63,527 bases of DNA, filler included, from Choristocarpus tenellus KU-1152 (GCA_964200185.2; 10 parts of 10 records of this genome joined end to end with filler, not necessarily neighbours in it); one strand, 5' to 3'. Positions 12,390 through 25,900 are shown, counted from the whole stretch's first letter. The notes: generated from the sequence alone by a model not told the origin. Translations and numbers: made by a program.

Positions 12390-12645
12390 GAGCCAAAGTA
12401 AACAGTAGGTACCCAATTTTTGACCGTTTTGCATTTTTAGCCAGTTTTGCAATCTTTTGCAATCCACCCATATTTCCATGGATGAAGCGCTAAGTTTGAC
12501 CTGAAGAGTTTATTCGTGTTCGAAAGATTTCGACACAATTCAAAAAAATATCCTACACAATTTTGTACAAAAAAAGCCAAATTTTGCACTTTTTTGACGA
12601 GATTCTTAAAATGTAACTTTGGGTACATCTTGCTTACTTCGACTC
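12390..12645 (+). mobile_element. MITE family C, full length (256 bp)
   Basis: GAGCCAAAGTAAACAGTAGGTACCC ... GGGTACATCTTGCTTACTTCGACTC, flanked by TGA/TGA. Confidence 0.8.
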
Positions 12646-14438
12646 TGAAGATAACCTGAAGATGGATATAGATGAAGACTTTTGCTGGTTGCTCTGCCAG
12701 TATCGTGAGGCTCTGTACAAAATTAGAGTGTGGAACTCATCCTTTATCGATTTTTTGTGATACAATTGTGAGGTTGATTTTTTTTTCTCTCCAGTACACA
12801 ATCACTACCAGTATTGCTAATACCTGAAGCTGATGCGTACCTTGTCAGTTGCTGGGTCTTTGTGAGAGGGTTGACATGTGCTTGTCAATTGCACAGTTTA
12901 TGGCGACGAGATTGCATTCTCATTTCAGCGTGTATGATGTACTCTGTAGTATTTCAAGCCCTACCACCATTTGACCTGGGCACACCTTGGGTATGAGCCG
13001 TGAATAGAAAGGAACTAAGTCTTGTAGAGCAAAGATGCGGGTCTGGAATTTGAAGCCGGTGTGAAAAAGGTATTGAAATCAGAGAGTCCCACAAATTATG
13101 TCAGGCCCCGCCTGGCTCACCTAGCTGGTGTCTTTTTATAAACGTGTAGCTACAAGTATGTCTTCAATGATGTGCATGCACTGTCAATAGGGAACGATAA
13201 CATAGGTGAGTAGCTTGTGTTGTCCCACTCACCGAGAGATTATTATAGTACCGTCTTTGTACAACAGAGTCAAGACACAAGCCATGCTCAAAAACACCAA
13301 CTGTCACCACTGTATCAACAACTTATAACCACCAACCAGCGAGCATGGAGGTGGGGGGGAGTAGAACAAGCCAATAATCCCTGTTAATCGTAGGCTCGAG
13401 TCATTTGGGCCTGTGCTACCATTAAACTTTCTCCACTGATGCACACAGTATGAAATTTAGAAAACTATCCGAATAGTGTTAGAGGAAGTGCTCTCATGCC
13501 CTCTCCTGTTATTACAGCAGAAGAGCTGTGATTTTTTCATTGGAATGAAGTTGAGTGAAGTCAAACCTCTCAATATACTCAATTTGAACTGAGATGCACA
13601 TGAGAAATGTGGCGAGGCAGAAAGGCACTCTGATTGGAAAGGGGTACCTCCGGGAGCAAGGCGATTTCTTCTCTAGTGTTCCCATTCACGTGCTCACCTT
13701 TCCTCACTACCATCAGATGCACTACCTATCCTGTTATATATACATACATATATATATGTGTATGTATATATGATCGAGACTTCACTTAACAATGTTTTTT
13801 TGCTGTAGTTTTATGGGACAAAAACGTGTACTTCACATTTGTCGTTGGATTTGGAATTTGGAGTGTTTCAAGACATACACACACACACACACATATGCAT
13901 AACATGCATGTATGTGATGGACTGTAGGAGTGCCATTATTGAAGACATTATGTATACATGTGATGAATGTATTCCATCTAGAGTTTTATTTCAGCATGGC
14001 ATAGATAACTTTACTAGTTTGTGTGCACTAGAGTTTGAGCAATAGTTCAATTATCCCCATGGGCAGTGAGCAACTTGCATAAGTTGCGATTACTGCCTGT
14101 AGCCGTACGCATCAAGATTGCAAGTTTTTAGGTTCCACCATGGAATGAGTCTCAAACCAATAGAGAGGGGGGGGTATGTTTGACCATTTGGGCGCGTTGA
14201 AGACTCTTCTTGGAGTGGTAATTTTTCATTTTGTAAGATATATTTTTTTTCCTGGTGTGTTGCGTTTGACATGTGTTCGCCCAAAAGCATAAACAATTGT
14301 ATGGAAACATTCCTCCTCTCTTTGAATCTTCTCCTTCTCGCATATATGTGTGATTTGGTGTTTCGGTCTAGTGGACATGTTTGCCGCGTTAAATGTAGCC
14401 TTCTGTGTTGTCGTGTGTTCATTGTTACAAAGATAGAT

Positions 14439-14590
14439 GTGCCAAAGTAAATGAGAGGTACCTAGGTTTTGGTAGTTTTGCATTTAAAGTATGCTTTTCA
14501 ATATTCTTCCGAAAAAATTTGTAACTCTTCGCCATTCCTTCGACCTTAACGTACAAAATTTCTGTCATTTTTTCTTATTGATTTGTGAAG
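14439..14590 (+). mobile_element. MITE family C, truncated left part
   Basis: GTGCCAAAGTAAATGAGAGGTACCTAGGTTTTTGGTAGTTTTGCATTT matches the family C left end; right boundary approximate. Confidence 0.55.
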
Positions 14591-15287
14591 GACAAATGAG
14601 GTGAATCATTGCTTGTCTGACATGTGAAGCCTTTGAAAAAGAGCCTGCCCTCAAGTGGATCCATAGAAACAGCTAAGGAGCAAGTTAAATAGGGAAAAAT
14701 ATATTTTGATATGGTACATTTGGAAGTAGCTGAATTGGAACGAGGCTGCAAGGTCTGTGACCTTGCGTTTTCCCAAATTCGTGAGGGTGAAATTTAAGTA
14801 AGATATAAACTAGACGTTCAGCCCTCTACTACAGAGCATTGCACAGGATATAGTATTTGCTTTGCAGTGGGTAGGACAAACACATATGGGTACTTAATAT
14901 ATTTTCAGGTTGCCTACGATGTTATCCATCGTTATTGGTGTATTTGGTCACCTATATTCTGGAGCTTTCCCACAAACTCCACCCTACCTAGCCCGTTGAA
15001 CTGTGGTCAGATGGCAGTGCGTACTGCTCCAGTTCTACTTTACCAGCTACCTGTTGCACTACAACTAATTGCACTGCCCCATGCATGCCCTGATTTTTTC
15101 TCGCACATTGGGTATAGATGCCTCTACCCTGGGAGCAAGGGCAACTAAATTGGTGCAATAAGGGGTAAGATACAATTCCAATCCTTCCACAAAAAACAAT
15201 ACTGTCGTGACCTTTCAACTACCCACATAACGCTTCTGTTTCCTTGATCTGAAGGGTTTTGGGAGCAGTGAGTAGATTTTGTGTATA

Positions 15288-15420
15288 AACAGCCAATCAT
15301 CAAAATTGAGGACGGAGCTTTTTATTGAGATGGGCAAGACCCCGAATGGTGCGCGGAAAGTGCATACATATTTTTGGTCAAGAACATTTCGGTGCTTGTG
15401 GAGGGGACCGCTACGATTTG
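15288..15420. repeat. Dispersed repeat family D (inverted copy)
   Basis: Reverse complement matches 33-161. Confidence 0.75.
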
Positions 15421-15532
15421 GAAGCGACCTAGACCAAGCCAAAGGAAACAAGGACAGACGGCCCCCCCGGGGGGGGGAGCTGGTAACGGTTTGGCATGCT
15501 TATATGTATCATACACTACATATTGCATTATA

Positions 15533-15535
15533 CAA

Positions 15536-15569
<34 letters not shown>

Positions 15570-15582
15570 CATACATACATAC
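15533..15582. repeat. (CATA)n microsatellite
   Basis: Direct reading. Confidence 0.9.
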
Positions 15583-16165
15583 GTCTTCTTCCACTAGTTA
15601 TAAATATATATAAATATTCAAGGGTGATGTGGTTTGTACAAGAAAGGGATAGATAGGTCACACCCACCAAAAAACTAACCAAGTCGACAAAGAAGAACGA
15701 ACACACATTTCACNNNNNNNNNNNNNNNNNNNNNNNNNNNNNNNNNNNNNNNNNNNNTTAATTAATTAANNNNNNNNNNNNNNNNNNNNNNNNNNNNNNN
15801 NNNNNNNNNNNNNCTTCATTAGTACCACTTACTAGATACCTACCCCCCCCCCCTCTTGCCCCTGTGAAACCCTAGCCTGTCCCAGGCCCAGTACAAAATC
15901 AACAAACAATGAACGTGATATTTATGCATTACAGCATAGCAGGCAGATACTAACTATGACCACTGTACCACTAAACTATGACTCCTAATTTATCACAACA
16001 GGGAAGACAAGCAGGCAAAACATGCAAGACAGCACCAACACCTGAATCAAAATCGCAGGCGGCAATAGCCCTCCAAAAACAACCCATCAATTTATTTATA
16101 GTCTCAGAAACCTCTCCTAGTACTATGGTATAGTGCAGCTGGTGCAAACGGATGTACCCACTCAC

Positions 16166-18830
16166 CCTCCTCTTTCAGGTGGTGACAATTAATGCCAACG
16201 ACCTTGTCCTGCCCAGAATCAATACGCGCCTGCCCAACAGCGTTAAATATGTCAAAAGATTGCGTTAAATATGTCTGTCACACAAGAACCAACAAAGTTA
16301 GATGCCTGCAATGACCCTGACCCTTACCCTGACCCTAACCCTAGGCTAGAAGCGCTGCTGATCACTAACCACGGCCCATTGATCATCCTAGGAACAAGTC
16401 AGAGCAGTGTGCTCATGTTTGGTGTCTGTCACTCATCTGAAGCTGTCGACACCATCAAACCATGCATTCTCATCAGATTTTCCCCCGATACATCCCATTA
16501 CTCAATCCCACTCCTTACCCCGTAGATGGGTCCTGAGTATACCCACCAACCTCAGGGCATTGACACCAGCACCACTATAACTTGGACTACTGCTGAGTAC
16601 TGTCACCACTGGAAATGACAATTCATACCACCATACTATACATACCGCCTTCTACAAACACCAACACAGGTGATCGAGACCAATCACCACTGACAAACAC
16701 ATGTCGATTGATTCTGGTCAGCAGTGCAGTAAAATGACTATGAATGAAACTGTTGATAACCTTTTTCTTGTAGCCATCACGATCATTCCAATAGCGATGA
16801 CCTTTTCATACCCTCTCACCACCCCACCACCATCACCCTTATCTGCAGAGACTGAGTCAAAGGACCCGTTCATTTGATCGCACATCTCACAGATGGTACA
16901 GATGGTACAGATGGTAAGACTCAAGCCTTTGCCTAGCTGAATGTGACTGGTCATCTCACTCTTTCAACCATCACTTTCTTCCACCTACCCCAGTCCCCAT
17001 CAACACATCAACTCGATAAAGCCCACTTCATATCACAGTTTCCAATACGATAAGTAATTATTACAAAAAACATAACCCTTCCAATTAAAAGCGAGCCTGT
17101 GATGCCTATGTGTTGTTGACTTCATGGATAGTGAGAAAATGATCTTCCAAGAAAAACATCTGCTGAACAAACTTGCACCAAATTTTTCCAAGACACAGAG
17201 TGTTCAGTATCTACTATTATATACTATTGTTACATCTCAGAAATTATTCACAAATGGTGTGTACTCCGTAGTACAATACCTGTTCAATACCTGTTTATTG
17301 ATAGTACAATACCTGTTTATTGATAGTAAAATACCTGTTTATTCATAGTACAATACCTGTTTATTCATAGTACAATACCTGCTTCTTGATGGCTGCCTCC
17401 TCAATGCGTAGCTTGGCGGCCCCACTCTCAATGAACTTGGTCATACCCCCTGTCTCATCAACCTAACCCTCACAAAATGCCATGGAATAGTTCGCGGTTG
17501 TCAAGGGTTAGGGTTAGGGTTAGGGTTAAGGGTTTCCTAGTCCGATTGTCGTCTGCAGGTCCAAACAAACCTACTTGTGATCAATCCCACAGGCAGAGGC
17601 GAAGAGACAAAGGGGAGGTCAGATCTCAACATGTGACATGCCAACCAAAGATATATTGCAGAGAGTGTGTGTAAGTGCACACCCTATGGGAAGGGTTATC
17701 CGATAGGTGCTTCTTGTAATATAAAATAAAAAAGAACAAGCAAAAAGATGCAAGCAACCAACAAGGTCAAAGACAGACAGAGACAGACAGGCAGACAGAC
17801 AGGCAGACAGACAGGCAGAGCGAGAGAGAGAGCACAGACTTGAATAAAAATAAGAAGTAAGTGGGAGTGAGTGTTGACAAAATTGAGACAGTATGACGAA
17901 AGAACTTAACCAATAGAGTGGCCTGGATTTTGACATTGATCCAATGGGAAGCCTTTGCCCCCCTCCAATCTCCCGTACTCCTTCAACCCTCTTACTACTG
18001 TTACAACAAACATTCAACTCTTGGTGTCAGTTTCACAAAAATATTAAAGCGGGGTGATTACCCTTGCAACAGGACAAACAAAAAAAATGCATGCACTAGT
18101 AGTAAACTCATGACCAAATCAAACATTGCCACTCCCATCCACCATGAACGCATAATCTGCCATACTACTTTGAATTCAACCTCGGGGGTGTTCAGGACTT
18201 CTGCACTCTCTTTCTATAGGATCACAACCTCACTAATGATCTTCATGGCTCCTTCAAGCAGGTCCTCAGTTAAACTCTCCATCAAGTAGGAGCCGCCCCA
18301 TGGGTCAGCCACCTGAGTGATACGGGTTTCCTCCTGTAATGTCCAGGAGGCGTCAATCGGAATAGGGTGTACTTCAAGCTGCATCAGTTACACCACAAAA
18401 CTACTACAGAGGAGCTCTATACAGAACCACAACAAACACAAATAACATTACCGCACTTGCAGGAGAAGGTCAAGGGGCATTACAAGAACAGTTCTTACTA
18501 GCTGTGCTTTGAGGTACTCACCAATAATATGCAGTTGAAATAAAAACAATGACTATATTACTAAGATTGAGGGTAGGGGAAAGGCAACAAAAAGATAATC
18601 AGACCAATAGAATAGCCCTCATGTTACATCAAACCAAAAAGGATGCATTCACTCACCCTCCAACCTCCCCTTCCTCAATCTCAAGGCGACTCTACTTCAC
18701 AACTCTAGAGCATACTAAGTACTCCATAACACAAGTATCTGCACTGTGATAGCGCCCTGTAGTGAGAGAACAAAAACACCCAAACAGAGCACTAAAATGT
18801 AACGGAGCTATAATGTGACTACATACATAC

Positions 18831-18867
<37 letters not shown>

Positions 18868-18953
18868 TAGGGCTATTCAGGAATGCAACCCTCGAGCATG
18901 ATCAAACCACCAAGCATCAATGATCGTCCTCAAAAGCAATAAAAACATTAATC

Positions 18954-18998
<45 letters not shown>

Positions 18999-19172
18999 TA
19001 TACTGGTACACAGCAGCGCTTCAGCAAAAAAGATAAGCAACAGCGGTATAATTCCAACAAACATCACGTAAGCAAAAAAAAAAAACGAAAACCAACCTCA
19101 CAACCCCGATCCAGTCTCGTGATTCACACACACAAACACACACAAACACACACAAACACACACACATACACA

Positions 19173-19211
<39 letters not shown>

Positions 19212-19224
19212 ACAAACACACACA

Positions 19225-19264
<40 letters not shown>

Positions 19265-19464
19265 CATTAAACCTTTTTTCAGAAGAGGTGTGTGTACACG
19301 CACCTGAAGGATGAGCTGTGTGTTCCGAGCGATACGTGCACTGAACTCTGTGGGCAGCCCCAGAGCTTCGTCAAAAGAGTTGGTATGCAGTGACTGCGTC
19401 CCGCCCATGACGGCAGCCATGGCCTCCACTGTAGTTCGGACCACGTTGTTATGTGGGTCTTGCT
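16166..19464 (-). CDS. MMUT: Methylmalonyl-CoA mutase (B12-dependent), four internal exons
   Basis: Exons 19304-19464 ([53 protein letters not shown]), 18229-18333 ([35 protein letters not shown]), 17379-17462 ([28 protein letters not shown]) and 16166-16229 ([21 protein letters not shown]). All GT-AG and in phase, with hallmark MCM motifs [14 protein letters not shown] and DPWGGSY. Confidence 0.96.
17269..17381 (-). repeat. 22-bp minisatellite built from the MMUT exon/intron junction
   Basis: Unit CAGGTATTGTACTATGAATAAA on the minus strand; six CAG|GTATT copies including the real donor. Confidence 0.9.
17505..17533 (+). repeat. Interstitial telomeric-type (TTAGGG)n
   Basis: Direct reading; similar short tracts at about 5203-5238, 16313-16343, 21420-21436 and 35136-35176. 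Confidence 0.85.
18835..19260. repeat. Intronic microsatellite cluster: (TA)n 18835-18862, (TAA)n 18960-18998, (CA)n-rich 19125-19260
   Basis: Direct reading; source of spurious CVCV/THTH ORFs. Confidence 0.9.
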
Positions 19465-19577
19465 CTGATCATGTGAGNNNNNNNNNNNNNNNNNNNNNNN
19501 NNNNNNNNNNNNNNNNNNNNNTTAATTAATTAANNNNNNNNNNNNNNNNNNNNNNNNNNNNNNNNNNNNNNNNNNNN

Positions 19578-19608
19578 GTAGACCCCCCCCCCCAAGATAC
19601 TTTGGGTC
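19578..19608 (-). mobile_element. MITE family A terminal fragment at contig edge
   Basis: gtagacccccccccccaagatactttgggtc matches the end of 41236-41413. Confidence 0.65.
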
Positions 19609-20491
19609 TTCTTACCCCAGTAGACCCTGACAATGAGAAATTCAATAGTAACCACGTAATATAGCATTCATTCAAGTATGGTTATGATCAAGAGTCTCAC
19701 CAATACGATGGCATTGAATTGTAGACTAGTCTCCAAATACTTTCACCAACTACTGTATTGTGGCCACAGCACATGCCAGTCAATTCATTTCACTACATGC
19801 CACATGTTATGTACATGCTGCTCTCAGAGTGCTTGAGTGTGATACCAATACTGGCATTAACCACTTTATCGTAATTGTAAAGATTTTACATAGTGGTAGT
19901 GGCTTTGTCTTTAGAGCCTCGGTATTGTACAGTGAGGTGAAGTATCCTATATATATTTATAAATATATATATATAAATATAAGTATATATGCTCGAAGTT
20001 CTTTCTTGACACATGAGGACTGCATGCGCAATTGGAGGAAGAAAAAATATAAAATTGTATTATTTAAATTTAGATTTTGGATACGGAGAAAGGAGAATGT
20101 AAGTATATTTTTAGGTAATGGAAGAATGAGAATTGAAATGCATGTCTTTAAAATTTAGAAATGGAGGAATGAGAATATATATATATATATTTATGTATCT
20201 TCATATATGTATGATATATCTCTCTGCTGTGTAACGTAGAATATCGTTTTTTATCTCCCCTCGTGCGTATTCGAGCTGCGTGTTTTTTATGGACTCGATC
20301 GTATTCAACCTTTTGGGGGCAAAAAAGGTATGCTTGCTTGGTATGTACATTTGAACTGTTTACTCCATTTTTTTTTTCCAATAATATAAACGCTTCAAAT
20401 ACTTGTTTGCTAGAAATAAGATATTTTTTTTTAGTGCTGAATGGGGTCACGCCCGTGTACTTTTGGTTCTGATGGCAGTTACGGGTGTAAT

Positions 20492-20522
<31 letters not shown>

Positions 20523-21673
20523 TTGGGGGGGAGGGAGGGGGGGAGGGGGGGAGAAGAGAAATCAGTTGGAAAGATTCATTATTTGCTCGCACTTCTAATT
20601 TTTTTTTAATACCTTTGAATCCAACAGAACTTTCACGGTTCAGAGTGAAGTGCTCTTATTTAAAAAAAAAAAAAAATTAAATTAAAAAAAAACACAGTTT
20701 AATACCTCTCGTCCTCCCTTTTTCTCGTGCTTTCAAATAAAAAAATATGTGAGCTCGACTTATTTACATACAGAGCGGTCGGTACTAACAACGCCTTTTT
20801 CGGGAGGGGGGGGTGGAAGAATATATAATTAGAATTGTTAGATATGTTTCTTATTTTTCTATTTTTTTATTATACTGTAATTGATCAGGATTTATTTATC
20901 GTTTATTTTTTTAGTTTTTGTGTAATGGCAGTAAACATGAAATAAAGAAATATATATATATATTGGCAGCATCGTGTGTAGAATTGTTTTTTTTTTACAC
21001 TCAGGGGTAGAGAAATACCTATTATTATACTGTCGTGGTGTTTCCATATATATATACTATAATAATATATATAATATAATAATATGTACATGTGTGTATG
21101 TATATTGTGTATTATATACCTGTATTATTTTTTAGTGACACCGGTTGTGACTTCTTTTTTTTACTGAACGGAATACACAAGAAAAAGAAAAGAAAAAAAA
21201 AGGGGGGGTGTGATTTTTTATTGATTTTTTTTCGTTGTAATTATTCTTTTTTTAGGAAAAAAGAGTTGACCTCTGTTCTCCAAACTTTTTTTTTTAACTT
21301 TAGTAGGGACAACTACTCTGCTGCCTAAATAGTTAAAATGATTGTCGTCGATGTCGGTGCTTCCCCTTGTCTGTCCCCTTGCTTTGCAGGCGCGGGAAGA
21401 ACGGCCTGCACTTTATTTCTTAGGGTTAGGGTTAGGATTACAATTCTTGCTCGAAATTTCCACCTTCCTTCTGTGTGCCCTCCTTCTTCCGAGCAATATC
21501 CTGGAAATATATTTATTTATACATTTATTTATATTTTTTTTAGAGATTAAAAAAAAGTTTTTTTTTAAGTACAAATCTTTATATACGATGATTCCCCTTC
21601 AAAATGTTTGTCATTAACATTTTATTCTTTGTACTTATGCGCATGTTTGGGGGGGNNNNNNNNNNTTCTTACA

Positions 21674-21716
<43 letters not shown>

Positions 21717-21814
21717 TATGTGGGGGGGGGGGGGGGGGGGGAAATGTGCTGGAGTTTTATTTTTTTTTAATCTAACGCCTTTTTATTTTTTTTTCCATTC
21801 TTCTCGGGTGACAG

Positions 21815-21892
21815 GTGTGGGATAGCCTACACTGGAACAAGTACCTTCCCGCAGGCTGGGATGACCCCGCCAAGTCCATCAAGGCAAAGAAG
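21815..21892 (+). CDS. Isolated putative exon, unknown protein (VWDSLHWNKYLPAGWDDPAKSIKAKK)
   Basis: Polypyrimidine tract and acag acceptor, AAG|GTGATG donor, GC-rich codon-like island in AT-rich surroundings; 78 nt, phase 0/0. Confidence 0.5.
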
Positions 21893-22564
21893 GTGATGTG
21901 TGTGTGTGTTTGTGTGAATGTTGAATGTTGAATGTTGAATGTTTTGTTCTGTTAGAGCAGTACCAGAATCCTATCTGATCCACACTACCTTGTAGCTCTG
22001 TAGCTTTCCTATGACTTCAAGGTGAAGTAGACGTGTGATCTTGCTTGTATTGAGTGTCTTTATGACTACAATAGTAGTAGTAGTAGTGTTAGTGGTGGTG
22101 GTGGTGGTGGTGTTTTTGGCACAATGCTCTGTAGCAGTTCTATCAAGCTCTGTAGCTAGTACATTAACCTGGTGGAATACATGTGTGTGCTCGTGGTTGT
22201 CTTAAGAATATGATATGACATGATGACAACAGTAACAGGAACATTTCTTTAGCCACAGGGCTCTGTAGCAGTTCTTGCAGGCTCTGTGGCTACTATACTA
22301 GCCCAAGGGAAGTGCCCTCGCTCTTTCTAAGAGTGGTGAGACACCCAAACTAACGCGCTGCCTTCTATTGGGGGAGACCACACCCTGGTGTAGCTCTCCA
22401 CCCATTCCATGCATTCCAATAAAGTATGCACTGTTTTTTAGGTGCAACGCATTGAAAGTGTTCTCTCTCTATCCCAAGGATCACAGCCTTCTGATTGGCT
22501 CAGACACACACACACACACGCACGCACGCTACACTACACTCGCCTCACTCGGTAGTGTTACTAT

Positions 22565-22671
22565 TGTACTGGTTATACCGTACACTGTATTGGTTATACC
22601 GTACATTGTACTGGTTATACCGTACATTGTATTGGTTATACCGTACAATGTATTGGTTATACCGTACAATG
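22565..22671. repeat. 21-bp minisatellite, about 5 units
   Basis: tgtattggttataccgtaca(c/t/a) repeated head to tail without spacers. Confidence 0.9.
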
Positions 22672-22856
22672 CCTTACGGGGGGGGGGGGTTTGGCCACCT
22701 GTACCGGCAGGAAATGCTCAGCTGCTGTGGTGTTAATGTGGTGTTAATGTAGTGTTNNNNNNNNNNNNNNNNNNNNNNNNNNNNNNNNNNNNNNNNNNNN
22801 TTAATTAATTAANNNNNNNNNNNNNNNNNNNNNNNNNNNNNNNNNNNNNNNNNNNN

Positions 22857-22922
22857 TCTCATTTTGGGTCAAACTCATCCTCCATAAAATGCTCCATCCT
22901 CAATTTTGGTGATCGGTTGTTC
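22857..22922. repeat. Dispersed repeat family D fragment at contig edge
   Basis: Matches 96-161. Confidence 0.7.
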
Positions 22923-22999
22923 AAGGTGGAAGAGTAGGACCTCAACGTTGAACAACAAGCTAGCTCTGGTCTGGGCTTATTGGGGGGGATTTCGCAGCA

Positions 23000-25900
23000 G
23001 CTGACTGGGAAATGAAAAGACTCCGTCTTGTTGTGCAAAGGCAACACAATGTGGACAGAGGAACACTAAGGCTGCACAGATTGAAAATGGACAGTGTAAG
23101 ATATAATGCTCAATCAACAATGCAAACAGTATATTTCATCCCCACTCTGTCCTGCTGCTGACCAAATGCATTGTTCACTCTAACCATAGTTGAGACCAAA
23201 AACAAGGTCAAAATCAAGTTGCCCTTGATAGTATGTTTCCAAGGGTTCGTGTGTCCAGCTAGTACCATGGCAGGTTCCAAACGACCAACAATATAAACAA
23301 AAAGACTTGCGTGGAGGAATCATGTACAATTAACGAGTTCTTGTTCTTGCTTGGGATGCACTGTCCTGATATAAGCTCATCTTTTCTTCTATTGCTACGC
23401 ATGTGCTCCGGAGTATCAATAAATTCTACCCTTTGGCAACCCCTGCCTAGTGCGAGGTGACAAACCAAACTAATGCAACAGACGGAGTCTATTACAAGTT
23501 TATGCAAGTACTGGTGCTGTTGGGTATAAATCTACACAAAATTTAAAGAACTTTCCCAGCATGGACTTCTTACGATGTAGCTACAACTACAGGACGGTTT
23601 TAAAGTAGACCCCAAGAGCCAGCGACAAGCATTCGAGGGCTACATCAAGTTGAATCTTGAGCCGAAAGAGCACAACAAAGTGTCCTTTATACACCACTGG
23701 GTCTTCCAAAAACACACATTAAAAAGTTCTCTTACCCTTCATTTACGCATACCTAAATAGTGGAGATAAAAAAACACAAGACACAAAGACTCTGGAGTAG
23801 AAGAATGAACCGGAAATCACACGGCAACCAGTACAGATCTCTACACCTTGAATTAATAGGTTTATGTCCAGGCAAGTAAAAACTTCACAGCCAGGAAAGG
23901 CAATGAGCGGGTTGCAGTGGATCACATGCACATGTCCTCAGGATAACTGTTTCTTGCTCCCTACAATTTGTCCAGCACGATTTCTGTAGAAAATATTGTA
24001 CCACATTACTGTGAAGCCAACAACGGCAAGGATGGCTCTGGATCATCGAATTGCCTGTTCTCCAACCTGTAGGAGGGGCGGGTGCACTGTGTGACAGAGG
24101 GCTGATACAGTACAAGGTTGTGCCTGTTCTACCCTAAGTATGATGAACGGCAGGAGAAACTCAAGCAGCTATCAGTTGGTTGAAGACACTGAATACGTAC
24201 TCAAAAGTGGACTCATTAAACAGCAAACAAGAGTGAGCATAAACTGTTGGCACACAAAACAAAGCTTACATATCAAATCAGATGTACCAAAGGTTTTGAC
24301 AAGGACTACAGGGTTTGATAGAAGTCACCATACTGAGCCCTTGCCAGTGCGTATTCATGTCCAGATGTAATACAAGAGCTCATTTTTCTGTCCATTGGTG
24401 GCAATGCAAACGTTATTTCCAGTATACATTGTGAATTACCACAGAAAATTGATTTCTCATTTAGTCTGCAGAGATATTTGCCAGTAGTGTTTTGATGCAA
24501 TGCACTTTTCATTTCTTGGAATGTTGCCCTATGAACATCCCTAGATGTTGCGAGTTTCTTCTAGAAACAAATTTAGCAGGAATCAAGCATATGGCAGAAA
24601 TCTAGCCCTGAACCAACAAATATTTTGGACATTTCTGTCCTCTTGCCAGACAGGCTGAAATATTGAGCCCCTACAACTACTTCAAGGTATGTAGGAGGCA
24701 GGTGAAAAAACTCTTGTTAGTCAAATAATTACAACAGAAGCAGGTTTACAGACCGTTTTTTTTCTGTAGTGGACTTGAATACTTTTTGCCATGGCGCTGT
24801 TCAAACTACGTGCTATTTGCAGATAAGAAAGTCTCTCGGACATCCATCTTATAACAAACGTGCATTTGCCACTATTTCCTACACAGGTCAAAAGGCACAT
24901 GGAATACAAAACGAAAACCCCAAAAGATGCAGAGTAAGCTCTAAATTGCTAGGTCTCACTGACAGCTTCTTTGACATCAGATGAAAAGGTCAGCAGTACC
25001 AAAAAGCAACTCGAATGTCATCACTTGTGCAACCCTTTCTTCTTGCAGTAGCTCACCATATGCTAGTCTCATAGTCCCCAAGATACACAAAACACGTGGT
25101 GTTGGTGTCAATACTGGCATCTCCCCCATCTCCGTAGAAGGGGCAGAAGTGGTGGTGAAGCGACACTAATGATTGAGGTGTCTCCTTATCCACAGCCAAG
25201 TCCACCATCATTTCCTCCTTCTCTACCACAACAGTTGTGACAGGAGCAGCATGCTCGTGGATCTGTGTCTCCATTGGAGAAGCCGAGATTACTCATTTGA
25301 ATCAAGGCCATGAGAAAAAGGTCAAATCTGTTGCAGCAAGTAGTATTCTGCTTCTATTGCAATGCTGATACAAGATTAAAGTGAGATAGGACAGCATGAG
25401 TAGTAAGTGTAAGTTGTTTAACCTCCAAAAATGTAGTCGTGCCCATTGGCAAGATCCAGAGTGGCAGTCACATCAATCGTGGAATTGCTATCCATGACAA
25501 TAGTCAGAGGTAGTGCCCTATACCCCAACATAGAAGAAGTCAGAATGCGTTACAGCCAATGAGATAAGAACGATTTCAGGCAGTTAGACTTCAGACAGCT
25601 GGATCTTTGAGTACCTAGTCAACGGTGAAGGCATGACATAGTAATCACACACTCCGCATTGGGTAGAGTAGATATGAATGGTGCAATTGCATCGATGTTT
25701 GTTTCAGAAGAGGCGTAATATCTCAGGGCAAGGCTGCAGAGAGCCAACTTTGATACCTCAGTTCGCATACCAGCATTAGCCACTTACCAAGCATTGATCT
25801 TCTTCATCTAAGGCTCACACAGCTAGTGCTGTTGGACTACTCTATCCACGCACTGTACCTGGAACAGCGGAGTACCTTACCTGCCAGACGTTCCATCCAA

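Noticed and set aside
19021-19307. CVCV/THTH, RVRV/LGLG/TLTL and similar ORFs (also 15279-15706, 58036-58414, 59693-60064)
   Set aside because: Translations of micro-, mini- and telomeric satellites.
22565-22671. CRISPR-like arrays (also 17269-17381, 58150-58275)
   Set aside because: Head-to-tail units with no unique spacers and no cas genes; these are eukaryotic minisatellites.
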